From: Octopus vulgaris
Taxonomy: Eukaryota
DNA: 64,000 bases
Direction of reading: 5' to 3'
Assembly (NCBI GenBank): GCA_951406725.2
Contig: OX597827.1
Span: 30,194,001 to 30,258,000, forward strand
The notes below the pieces were generated by a model. It was not told the origin of the DNA and ran no database searches. It saw only the letters and a program-made list of their open reading frames with translations. A program made the translations under genes and the position numbers. The first letter of the stretch is position 1. Each line of letters begins with the position of its first letter. Of the stretch, positions 47,164-64,000 are shown in pieces.

Positions 47164-48840
47164 CACTACCGTCAGAAATTAATTAGCACCCTCGATTTGC
47201 TTTTCACTCAAGGTATTTGCTCTCACCTAGTGGCCATATCTCGAACTATTGCTTTGTTGTGAGTTCACTGTTGTGCAGAACGATGACGTAACTTAGTTTG
47301 CAGAGCAGTTTGAGAGTCTACAGCCTAATGATGTGGACATAGCAGTGCAACAACAACTTGGAGTGCGGATGCAGACAAATCTTCCTTTGTTTAATAGATA
47401 TAGGTAGCGCCTCGCAAGGACCGAAATCACACCGTACTAAGTTTTCTCATCACATAAGACGTTTTGAACAGCTCGTAGGTTAATTGATTTGTGTATTTGC
47501 AAGATTTTTTTACCTCACAAATTCTCCTACACTCTGCTTGATGACGTCACTTCCAGTTCACAAAACTTTCTGTTATACATCAAATAAGGTGAGAAATTCT
47601 GCTTTCTTTCTTTTTGTTTAATGAATAATAACTCATAGCAGTTTTGTTATAGCATAACATTATTCAAATGAATAGTTTTAATGAAAATAACTGGTTTTTA
47701 TCGTTCATTCCTAGATGGGCCCAGGACCTCGTATGACCTTGGAGAGACGGTACGAGGCTCTCTCGTGGCGTGGGATGCTGTCGGAGGCTGCAATAGCCAG
47801 AAAACTTGGTGTAGCCAGGCGCACAATTCAGTGCTTATTTAAGAAATACGAGGAAACCAGATCAGCAGCTGACAAAAAGGGTAGGGGACGGAAGAGGCTG
47901 ACGACCCAGTAGGAGGACCGGATGCTGATCCGAAAGTCACTGTACAACCGAAGGGCAACGAGCCGGCAACTGGCGGAGGAGATGCAAAAGATGACAGGGA
48001 AGCAGTTGTCTACAACCACCGTCAAGACCAGATTACTGGAAGCCGCTCCTTACAGCCCAAAACCGGAAGAGGCGGCTGCTCTGGGCCCGTGCCCACAAGA
48101 CATGGACCGTGCAGCAGTGGCAGACAGTGATGTTCACTGACGAGTCGCGATTCAGTCTCGTCAGTGACAAGCCTGTCCATGTGCGACGCTGCAGGGGTGA
48201 GCGCTTCAACAAAGACTGCATTGCTCCCACCATGAAGCATGGTGGGGGTGGTCTGATGGTGTGAGGGGCGTTCAGCTACAGTGGTGTTGGGCGGCTCTAT
48301 GCCGTCGAAGGCAACATCAACGCAGCAAAGTACGTTGAGATAGTACGGGATACCTCTTTGGTGGCGAGGAGTACGTGCTCCAGCAGGACAACGCGCCTTC
48401 CCACACAGCCAAGCTCACAACCGGTTTCTTCAAGGACCATGGGGTGACGGTCATGAACTGGCCTGGCCAGTCACCTGACCTGAACCCTATTGAGAACCTC
48501 TGGAGTCGATTGGGTAGGGATTTGAAAGTGCAGCAATACAGGAACCGACACGAGCTGTTTGGGGCACTTCTTGCTGCATGGAGGGCCATCCCTGCACTGT
48601 AGCTGCAGGCACTCATAGACAGCATGCCGACCTGCGTAGCAGCTGTCATTGCTGCCAAAGGATATTGACAAGATATTGACTAAATTTCACGATTAATAAC
48701 AATTATGTGGTGTGCTGGGATATGTTTTAATAAATTTTTGATTAAAAACGAGTTCGTTTCTGATAATAAGTTAATTAAATTAAGAAAATGTAAGAAAATG
48801 TAGAAATTTGAGAAGTGCTAATTAATTTCCGACGCAAGTG
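47164..48840 (+). mobile_element. Tc1-family (DD34E) transposon with imperfect ~27-bp TIRs, TA-flanked, carrying a transposase pseudogene at 47715-48680
   Basis: Left TIR CACTACCGTCAGAAATTAATTAGCAC versus right TIR (rc) CACTTGCGTCGGAAATTAATTAGCAC. Motifs FTDESRF, QQDNAPSH and SPDLNPIENLW; several stops and frameshifts. Confidence 0.92.
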
Positions 48841-48877
<37 letters not shown>

Positions 48878-48900
48878 ATATATATATATGTATATATATG

Positions 48901-48965
<65 letters not shown>

Positions 48966-49005
48966 ATATATATATGTATATATATATATGTATATATATA
49001 TGTAT

Positions 49006-50387
49006 GTATCTCCAATATCCCCCACAACCTAGGACTAGAGGCAATCCAATTCTGGCTAGAGAATCACGCCAACGAACTACCACACCGCATCAAAAAAGAA
49101 TTTGTGATAGAAGGGGTTAAATTCATCCTGGAAAATAACTTCTTCGCCTTCAATGACAACTTCTACCGACAAAAATCGGGGACTGCGATGGGTACACGAA
49201 TGGCCCCCTCCTTTGCCAACCTAGTCATAGGATACCTAGAGATCAGTTTGTATCGTAAGGTTCTAGAAAGATATGGCAGCCCTTTCTCCATCTACATAGA
49301 AAACAACTGGAAGAGATATCTAGATGATTGTTTCATCCTTTGGCATAAAAATATAGAAAAACTCATAGAATTCCAGAAAATTTTAAACGGACTGGACGTA
49401 AACATCCAATTCACGATGGAATATAGCCAACAACAACTCCCCTTCCTCGATATCCTCATTAAGAAAGCTAATAATATAATAGAAACAGACATATACTATA
49501 AGCCTACAGACTCTAAGCAATATCTTCCATTCAATTCATGCCACCCCAGACACACCAGGATGAATATCCCCTTCAATCTAGCAAAAAGGATATGCACTAT
49601 AGTCTCTAACGCAAACACCAGAGACACACAACTACAAGAACTAAAAGATACCCTAATCACCAGGAACTATCCACCTTCACTTATTGACAAGTGCATTCAA
49701 CGTGCTCTTCAACTTAACATCAAGGAACTGAGACATCCCAAATCAAAGAAAAACTTACAACCAAAAGCCTTACCATACATCTCCACACACAACCCTCTCA
49801 ATAACGAAGCCTTCGACACCATCCTCCACAACATACCCCTCCTAAAAAAAGACCACAGAATGAACACAATCCTCCAAACACACACGATCATAAAAAGCAA
49901 AAGACAGCCTAGATCCATGAAAAGTCTCCTTACACAAGCCCGAATTCACTCTTCAACACAGCAGCCGACAGTAAAAAAATGTGGAAGACCCAATTGCGGG
50001 ATATGCGACTATCTAATTGAGGGATCAGAGTTCTCCTTCAAACAGGGACAACGGTTTACAGTGAAAAGCAACTTCACATGTGCTTCGGAGAACCTAATAT
50101 ACTCACTAACCTGCTCCGGGTGTCAAGAGCAGTACATAGGCCAAACAAAAAATGGTTTGCGTAAACGAATGGCCCTGCGCAGATCCCAGATAAAAATTCC
50201 CCAAAACAGAAAAATAGCTTTTAGCCAACACATAGATACTTGCGCCAACAAAAAAACACCAAACTTCAGAATTTTCCCCCTCTACCAATTTAGGGACGAT
50301 ACAACCTCGAGACAACGAATAAGTAAAGAAAATCTCTTTATTACAAAATACAAGCCACTTCTTAACGGGTCTACGACAAACAATTAA
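49006..50387 (+). CDS. Penelope RT C-terminal half + GIY-YIG endonuclease (no real start codon)
   Basis: [45 protein letters not shown]...C..C..QYIGQT. Confidence 0.92.
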
Positions 50388-51122
50388 TATACCTCAACTT
50401 TAGAATAAAAGAAAAATATATATACACACACAAATATTACACTCCATACAATCCATTACTAATCAGCCCCATCATAGCTATACTTACACCCATTCATATT
50501 CTCCCTTCTCTGTTTTTTTCTTCTTCTTCTCCTTCCTCTTCTTCTTCATCATCATCATTATCATCATCATCGTCGTCATCATCATCACCACCATCATCAC
50601 CACCATCTTCTCCTTCTCCTCCTTCTTCTTCTTCTTCTTCTTCTTCTTCTTCTTCTTCATCATCATCATTATCATCATCATCGTCGTCATAATCATCACC
50701 ACCATCACCATCATCGTCATCTTCTCCTTCTCCTTCTTCTTCTTCTTCTTCTTCTTCTACTACTTCTCCACCCCCTACCCCTTAACTTTGTCACTAATGT
50801 TTTTTAGTATAACACCTACGCTAATTCTATAAACAAGCCTGTCAATATAAATATTCTCCTGAATTGAACTGAGACTGCCAGCCGCCACTGACCATTCAAA
50901 ATACGACCATCAGGGCACTCCCAGATTCTCCCACCCCCCTTTCCTCACCAGCCTTCTTCCTCTACTACCCTACCAAGAACTCACAACGACCTCCAACACA
51001 CAAGTGCAAACAAGGGAGTCAGAGAAAGGCAGAATGCCACTTAAATCTGAACACTACTATAGAAATATTCTTTTAAAAAAACTTTTCTTCTAATTTTTCT
51101 AAATTTAATTATTGAATCGTTA

Positions 51123-51160
51123 CAGTTGAAAAGGTCTCAAAATGACCGAAACCGGTACTG
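51123..51160 (+). ncRNA. Degenerate minimal hammerhead motif
   Basis: CAG-TTGAAAA-GGTC-tcaaaat-GACC-GAAAC-CG-GTA-CTG. All three stems pair, but the core has two changes from CTGANGA. Confidence 0.55.
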
Positions 51161-51222
51161 AAATGTTCACTATAAAATTATTTTAGCATTTTCTATTTTT
51201 GACTTGTTTTTTCATATATGTA

Positions 51223-51260
<38 letters not shown>

Positions 51261-51326
51261 GGTCCCGGGTTGATTCGGGGTTAACCACAGCAAATAAGGT
51301 ACTCAATACATAGCAGAGTAAAATTA

Positions 51327-51965
51327 ATTTATTATATAGAAGGAGCTTCTACAGGACTAGAACTGTTTCATTCAAGAGAAATCTTCAGGAAGCTAGTTAA
51401 CAAGAATTGTATTGGCATTTATACATTTAGGCAGGTTTAAAGGGGTGTTGGTGGGGGACTTTTTGGGGGTAGGCATAGCGCAAAATATCATACTTGGGGG
51501 AGTGGTCAAGGAGTCAGTGTTAAATTAGATAGAAGAATAAATAAAAAAATAAAAAATAAAAAAATATATATATAAAAAAAGGGAATAGAGTTTTAGGTAA
51601 ATAAGGAGATTCTCACTTATACCTATGCACATATGTATACATATATACACACACATACAAACATATATACATATACATACACACATACATACACACACAC
51701 ATATATACATATATATACACCTACACATACTTATACATATCTACACATACACATATATGTATACATACACACACTCACATGCATACACGTATACACACAT
51801 GACCACAACTACATATACACACAGAAAAATATATATACACATACACACACATACTCACATACACGCATACACACACATATCCACACACACACATGCACAC
51901 ACAGCACACTAGTCCCTATATACACATATATACACATACACACATATATATACACACACATACAT

Positions 51966-51996
<31 letters not shown>

Positions 51997-52407
51997 CACA
52001 TGTGTACCTATGCATACCTACACATACACACATATATATACACATACAAATACAAACCCATTCCCTAATTTTAATTTTATTACCTTCATTTATTACTTTT
52101 GTTATCTTTGACCGCTGGTCACAAACATCTTCGCTATGACAGCCAGTCCATTTATCTGTCTACTGGAAAACAAGCACTCATTCACTCACGCACACTCTTT
52201 AGCACGTACACTCACTCATTCGTACACTCATACACATACACGCACGCACGCGTTATATTCATACATACATACATCTACATACATTCACGTATATACACAT
52301 ACGTACGCGTACCTACAGATTCATGTCTACACTCTTAGAAGGCTAGTCTATACATATACACCAATAAATATAAATACACACACATACATATACACCTACA
52401 TACAAAT

Positions 52408-52458
<51 letters not shown>

Positions 52459-52727
52459 CATATATATACACATATATATATATATATATATACATATACA
52501 TACACACATACACATATATACACATATATACACACATACACATACATACATATACACACATACACATACATACGTATACATACATACATACATCCATACA
52601 TCCATACATACATACATTTATACACATACACACACCCACACATATACATATACATACATATATATATGCGCATGCATACACATACAAATACATACACATA
52701 CGTATATACATATACATACATACACAT

Positions 52728-52772
<45 letters not shown>

Positions 52773-53289
52773 CATACACACACATACACATACATACATA
52801 CATATACAAATATACGCACACACATACATACATACTCATATACACATACACGCACATACACATGTACATGCGTACCCATACACACACGCGCATCCATATA
52901 TACACATGAGTACACACATGCGTAAAAGTATACATATATCTATGCTTACACATACACATACACACACGCGCCTCCTTATATTCATACTTACATGCATACT
53001 CAAAAAATAAGTAAATAGTAAAATATATATACGCGTAGATATTCATACATGCATACTCAAAAAATAAATAATAAATATTAAGTATATGTACGTGCAGTTA
53101 CCTATTATATAGACCACTCCCCCAAGTATGATATTTTGCGCTATGCCTACCCCCAAAAAGTCCCCCACCAACACCCCTTTAAACCTGCCTAAATGTATAA
53201 ATGCCAATACAATTCTTGTTAACTAGCTTCCTGAAGATTTCTCTTGAATGAAACAGTTCTAGTCCTGTAGAAGCTCCTTCTATATAATA

Positions 53290-53293
<4 letters not shown>
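51327..53293. repeat. ~180-bp inverted repeat (51327-51508 / 53112-53293) around a CA/TA-rich spacer; Penelope pLTR-like
   Basis: Reverse-complement arms; each contains CTGAAGA...GAAAC (53231-53254 in the right arm). Confidence 0.8.
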
Positions 53294-53351
<58 letters not shown>

Positions 53352-53352
53352 A

Positions 53353-53443
<91 letters not shown>

Positions 53444-53460
53444 GTATGTATATATATATG

Positions 53461-53811
<351 letters not shown>

Positions 53812-53820
53812 GTATATATA

Positions 53821-53872
<52 letters not shown>

Positions 53873-53958
53873 ACTTAGAATAACTTAGAAAGGTTTTGGC
53901 CAGTATTGGCCCAGGCCATGTCTAACTTAATAGCACCACCTGGCTATATATATGTATG

Positions 53959-57516
<3,558 letters not shown>

Positions 57517-57586
57517 ATCGCATATATGTATATATATATATATATGTATATATGTATATATATATATGTATATATATATATATGTA

Positions 57587-58034
<448 letters not shown>

Positions 58035-58047
58035 ATATATATATATG

Positions 58048-58166
<119 letters not shown>

Positions 58167-58177
58167 GTATATATATG

Positions 58178-58498
<321 letters not shown>

Positions 58499-58505
58499 GT
58501 ATATA

Positions 58506-61500
58506 CTAGCAGCATAGCCCGGCGTTGCCCGGGTATGTAAGAGCCCCTAGTAGGCAACGACTAATCCCAATGTAGTCCTTTCCCTCCAGGGAACGAAGGT
58601 GCATGTGGACGTTGCAATGTCTTGTCTTCACTGGAATACTTCTGTATATACGATGTTCCTAGCTGTCCGTTTGGGCGAAAACATGAAAACATCATTGCGC
58701 CTCCCAACGCGTGAACAGCCCACGTAGAGTTGACCGTGGGCGAAGCACTGTTCGCCCAAATGTAACCCAGCGACTTGTAGCGTTTGGCCTTGGGATTTAT
58801 TGATGGACATTGCGAAGCAGAGTTTAACAGGAAACTGAGAACGCCTGAAGTGGATTGGTAGGTCAGCGCCCGACGGTTGAAGGTGCATCCGTGGAATGAA
58901 GACGTCCTCTCCCTTCCCACAACCGGTAAGTATTGTGGCCGTTATTAAATGTGGTGCCAAATGTTTCACAACCAAACGTGTGCCGTTGCACTGTTTAGGT
59001 GGAACCAAATTCCTGATGAGCATAATGGGCGCACCGACTTTTAACTTCAGGATGTGTGGTGGCAGGCCTGGCGGTTCAAGTGAATTCAGGAATTCAACAG
59101 GATAATCGGCAAGCTGGGCGGGGTCTGCTGTCCTATCTATAGATTTGTAGACGTGGACATCACAGGAATAGCTTCAAGTAGCTGGATATTGATGGAGTTG
59201 ACGGTTGTATTTTTGGGTGCGAGAATAGCTCTGCCTGCCAGCCATTTTAGGTCGCGTAAATTGGTTTGTAGATCGTGGAAGACAGCGTCCCGGAGGCTAG
59301 CAGGGGTGTCGACAATGGTGCAAAGTGAGTCCAATTGAACGTAGCCATCCACATCAGACAGCATCCTATTTTCACCGAGCGATAAGAGGTCCCTGGAGAA
59401 TGCAGCGGATCCGCTGTCACCAATTAACTGCGCGCGCATGTTAGTTTGGAGGTGCAAGGGCCGCACATGTGCCCAAAGAGCTGACGACTTAAGGCACGCG
59501 CGCACGGCATCGGCATGGGTTCCTTTTGGAATAACAGGTAGAGTCTGCCTGAAGTCTCCTGAAAGAAGTAAAGTTAATCCTCCCATGGGGGCCGTAGAGT
59601 CTCTGATGTCTTGCAGGGACCTGTCCAGTGCCTCAAGGGCGCCTTTGTGTGCCATAGTGCACGCGTCCCATACGATGAGTTTGCATCTGCGCAGAATGTC
59701 GGCCTGTTCTGAGTTCTTGGCGATGTTGCAGATAGGTGACTCGGACTTTGCCAGATCGAGCGGGAGTCTGAAGGCAGAGTGGGCGGTTCTGCCACCCGGA
59801 AGCAACGTGGCCGCGATATCAGAGGAAGCTACAGCCAGGGCAATGTCCGTGTTGCGTCTGACCTCTGCCAGAATTAGTTTAGTGACGAAGGTTTTGCCAG
59901 TGCCGCCGGGTGCATCAAGGAAGAAAATCCCCCCACGTTGCTGTCTGACAGAGTCTACGATGGTGTTGTAGGCTATGCGCTGGTCTGGAAGCAGCCGTAG
60001 TTCATTATCTTGGACGTACTGGTGCAGTTCCTCAATGCAGTAGGAAGTTTCGCGTAACAATTCAGCAGACATAACATTGGCGTGTTCACGTGTGGGTGGT
60101 GGAAGGCCGTACTCTGTTAAAGCAGATCCACCCATATCGATGACAGCGTCTTCGAGTTGAATGAGCGCAAAATTGTAAATGAAGTTGGTGAACGTGATCT
60201 CGGCGGAAGGGCAGTGTTGCTGAGCCGTACGTAAGAAGTCGTGCGACATGTCATCCCTGTATTTCATCCAGAGACTTAGTGGATCACTAAGCTGACATTT
60301 TTGAATAAGGATTGCGAAAAGATGTCGTAGGGCCGAATGCGTTTGCAGTAAAGCACCCTCTGCCATCGTGGCGTCCCACTGGGAGTCATCCTCTAGAAGG
60401 CCAAGTCTCATACATGCTTCCCTGAAGGTGTCGCACAGAACCCCATTGACGGTACGTATATTGCCGAAACCTGTTGGACCAGTGACCTCATGTAGGAGAC
60501 GGAGGTAGAAGCATTCTTGCTGGTTTGGCGGGATGTTGTAAGCTCGACCCAGGCAGGAGTCAAACTTGACGCCTGGGAAGCTTTCGACGTTTTCGCCGGA
60601 TTTCCGTCGAACCCAGGTGTTTTTAGACCACACGAAGTACGATGGGACCTGTGGGTACAAAAGCGTTCGAGCGAAGTCATCACGTTGGCATAATTTGAAG
60701 AAACCAGTCAACGTTGTGTCTTTAGGGCTGGTGGCTATCTGCACAGCACTTTGCTCTGTGAAGTAAATCCGCTGTCCATTTTCCAAGTGTACAGCAAGCT
60801 GCACCACAGCCGGGTGTCTCTGATGGAGCGGGAAGCCGTAAATGCGCCAAAACGCTTCGTTGCTGCTGAGGTACCGGCCAGCCAAGTAGTTGGACACTTC
60901 GTCGCGACTGGTGGTCCTCTGGATGCTGAACATGGCAGCATCGCTGCCTTTGTTGATATATTTGCAGACATATTGTATTGACCTGATGGAGCTGCAGAAC
61001 TCAACGTTGACGTGGGCTTTGAATATCTTCGACAGGAGAGGACAGTAGGGGACAATGTAGCTGTTGTCCACTTGATGTCGCCCAACCGTAATCGTGCGGC
61101 CTCCATTGGCTGGACTCCTTCGTTTGTACAGCGGATACCCATCGCCGCCTGTTTGAGTCTCCAAAGTGAACCGTTTAGGGAATCCCTTTGAGCAGGCTAA
61201 TCCGTTTTTGTAGCATGGTGTGTTGGCGTAATTTGGTCCACAGGGCCCGTGTACCATGGTAGTGCGGACAATTTCGTAGAGTCCGGGGTCCTCATCGGGG
61301 TCAGGAATCTCGGCGGAAATGAATTTGTCAATGTCATTAGTCTCGATTTTATGAGTGAGCCAAATTAAGATGTGAGCATGTGGCAAGCCCCTCTTTTGCC
61401 ACTCGACCGAAAACATGTGGCACCTGACATGCCCGAAAATCTGACCCTTAACTATCAAATCCTTCATTTTGCCCAAATTCAGACGGAAAACAATAGCAAC

Positions 61501-64000
61501 GATGTCGTGTCGATGGGTGTGAGATTGACCCGGGAGGAGTTCGCGAGTGATTTCGTCGCAGCTGGGATTGCACGTGTAGGTGATAAAGAGGTCCGGCCGG
61601 CCGTAAATGCGCACGTAGGTCAAGGCGTCTTGGGTCCTTTCACGCATATATCGCGGTCCTCCCGTGAAGGTGGAGGGTAGAATGCATGGCTTGCCGATGT
61701 TGCGAGGGTCATTTTCTTGTTGCAAACCGTCACGGAGATGAATGTAGGAGTCGGAGCGAAGTTTGGTCTGATTAAGTTTAATGTATAGCAGCCTTTCCGA
61801 TTCCATTTTTGCGGCCATGTCGACGGCGAACTGGTTGAATAGCTGACGACAACGGGGCAATAAGTTGAACTCACCCTCTCTGACCATGAACCGGTATGAG
61901 TAGAACGCCCTGCAGGAAACCGTCTTTGATGCCGCAGTAGTTTGATTGGAGGGCTGCCGTAAAGGAATTCCGAAGTGGTAGCCGTCTTCCCCATAAGGGA
62001 AAAGCAATGGATACTGAAGCGCGTCATAAGATCTGTGAGTCTCGCTGATCCTGTGTAGGTTGTTACCACGGGAGGAGATGATTATGTCACGGCTGTTGTG
62101 TTGCTCTCCGTGTATAACTGCGGCAATTTCGTTGCACGCAGGTGCGTTGAAACGGCGTTCGTGCTCCCCGTAGGGTCGTTTATCAGCATCAATGACAACG
62201 GTGAAGTTTGGAGATGGAGCACTGTCCAAGGCATATCTGAAGCTGCAGACGTAGCTGTTGATATCATGAAGCATGGTTTGGAGACGGAGAAGAATGTCTT
62301 TGCGAGGAACATAGCTTGTACCCGGTATTATTCCAAGGCGTGCATCAACCTGGTGGTTGTAGTCGGCAATGAAGTATATTTGGAGGAAAGAAGACTGCTG
62401 AATCTCGTCTGGCAGAAGTGACCCAATAAGATGGTAGACCTGTCCCTGCACTTTGAAAGTAGGCATCCAGCCTTCTCTGGGAGGAATTTTGGCCCCGAAA
62501 GAGGTCATTTGGAATGAGCAGTTGTACTTTCGAATTATTTCAAGGAATTGTGACGAATCGGGGGTTAAACCCGCCGCGAGATCCTTCAGTGGTTGAGGTG
62601 GTTCCCGTAGGGGTGGCAGGTCCACTTTGCCACCAGAGCAGCACAAACCAGGTGGCTCTCCGGGCCATTTCTTGGCTTTGCAAAACTGGCATACAATTGT
62701 CATTGACCCTATCTTGATGTCGTCACGCAAGGAGAAGTTAATTGTGGCGTCGTAGTTGAATGCTAGTGACAACCAGAAAGCGGGGGCAGGGGTACGTACA
62801 CCACGAATGATATCCCGACGTTTGTTGATACTCTCAAGTCGAGTGCACCGTGCCTCAGCAGATTCAGATGCACGTGCGACAGCGGTAGCAGTGGCATCCC
62901 TTGAAAGCCTTTCAGCTCTCGCCTCAGCACCCTCTGAAGCCCTAGCAGAAGCAGTGTTAATGGCATGTCTGGATGTCCGAATAGTCCGTTGGTGTGGAGT
63001 TTCGGCAGATCGAGCCCTGGCTGTGTTTGCGGCGTTAGCAGCTTGGCGAGCTCTCCTCTGTTGAGGTGTTTCGGCAGCTTTGGCCATGGCTTTGTTTGCG
63101 GCGTCAGCATCTTGGCGAGTTCTCCTCTGCTGTGAGGTTTCGACAGATCGTGTCCTGGCAGTGCTAGTGGCGTTAGCCGCATTCCGAATGGCCCTTTAGT
63201 TCGGGGTTCTCGCGAGCTCTGCGGATGGAAGCACAGTAAGAAGCCCGCATGTTTTGGCTGGACTGTTGCTCTTTCGTCAACCTCGAGCGGAGGGAAGATC
63301 TGTACGCTGCGACCTTTGCAAGTCGGGTAGAACGGTCGCTAGTAGTTTCAGATGCCTGAGCAGCGGCATAACGGGAAGCTGTTTGCGAGAGGCGCAAGGC
63401 GGTTTCCTCGTGGGTCTCGCGTGCCCTTCTAGCCCTAGCAGCCGATGCCTTGGCCGTCCGAGGGCTGAGGAGGGTCCTTCTCTTCTTGGGTGGCATTTTG
63501 GTGGATAGCAATGTGTTTGGCAAAGGTGTAATAAAAAGGAACACGTGGGGTAAGTATTTTGGTGGATAGCAATGTGTTTGGTAAAGGTGTAATAAAAAGG
63601 AGCTCGTGGAGTAAGTATCCGAAAATGTATAAAAATGTACAAAAACGGCCAAAAACCTGGCAGCAATGTGAGTGACAACAACGAAAAAGTCAAAAGTGAT
63701 CAAACTGAACAAACGAAAGGAAAAGTTTTTTGATGCACACGACAAAAGTGGTTTATAATAAACCAAGAGTTTGCAAGTAGCGTCCGAGGACCGTTAGGGT
63801 ACGTCAAAAATTGAAGGTAAAATGTTTGGGGTGGTAGTTATAAAGAAAGTTTAAACCAAAAAAGTATTCGAATAACTTGCGGCTGCAGCAGCTATTAGCA
63901 GAAGTGGCGGTGTTGGGGGTAAAGTCTCGAATGTAATTTCTTCCTGGTAGGAATTGGTTGGATCGAATTATCGATAGCTAAAAAGGTCAAGTTGCGTCCC
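58506..64000 (-). mobile_element. Helitron (autonomous type); 3' end intact, 5' end outside the window
   Basis: 3' hairpin CCCGG-gcaacg-CCGGG, then CTAG followed by T; RepHel ORF upstream. Confidence 0.95.
58628..63496 (-). pseudogene. Helitron Rep/PIF1-helicase (1316-aa open core 59137-63087, frameshifted at both ends)
   Basis: [55 protein letters not shown]. Walker B reads WDA instead of WDE. Confidence 0.93.

Larger units (their letters stand above)
49006..51215 (+). mobile_element. Penelope-like element, 5'-truncated
   Basis: RT and GIY-YIG in one frame, then a 3' UTR with a hammerhead-like motif. Confidence 0.9.

Noticed and set aside
48864-49005. N-terminus of the 507-aa ORF
   Set aside because: It is (TA)n sequence fused in frame; real Penelope coding sequence starts at about 49006.

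Overview
This is a repeat-saturated animal genomic window with no recognisable host protein-coding gene. A cephalopod (Octopus-like) origin is inferred from the long GC-rich 18S expansions, the dense microsatellites and the LINE families present. The centre (about 16.8-33.2 kb, minus strand) is one isolated, internally deleted 45S rDNA unit: IGS, 5'ETS, 18S pseudogene, then 3' 28S, 3' spacer and IGS, with 5.8S, ITS2 and 5' 28S missing. A 4.56-kb R2 retrotransposon with three zinc fingers sits at the canonical 28S site. The most striking observation lies downstream of the 28S gene. The spacer there is built from re-assorted copies of the 28S retrotransposon insertion hot-spot, with exact 25-27-nt blocks covering the R2 upstream recognition region and the R1 target. 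One of these mimic sites holds a 1.8-kb non-coding, hairpin-rich element whose 3' end matches the 3' end of the neighbouring R2. This is a candidate R2 target-mimic (decoy) spacer plus non-autonomous R2 parasite. The flanks contain Dong/R4, Tx1/L1, CR1, RTE and Penelope retroelements, mariner, Tc1 and Helitron DNA transposons, and a modular AT-rich satellite forming a ~3-kb-arm inverted repeat next to a 100-N gap. Several Penelope-type inverted repeats carry hammerhead ribozyme motifs. All calls were made by eye from the sequence; no searches or folding programs were run.
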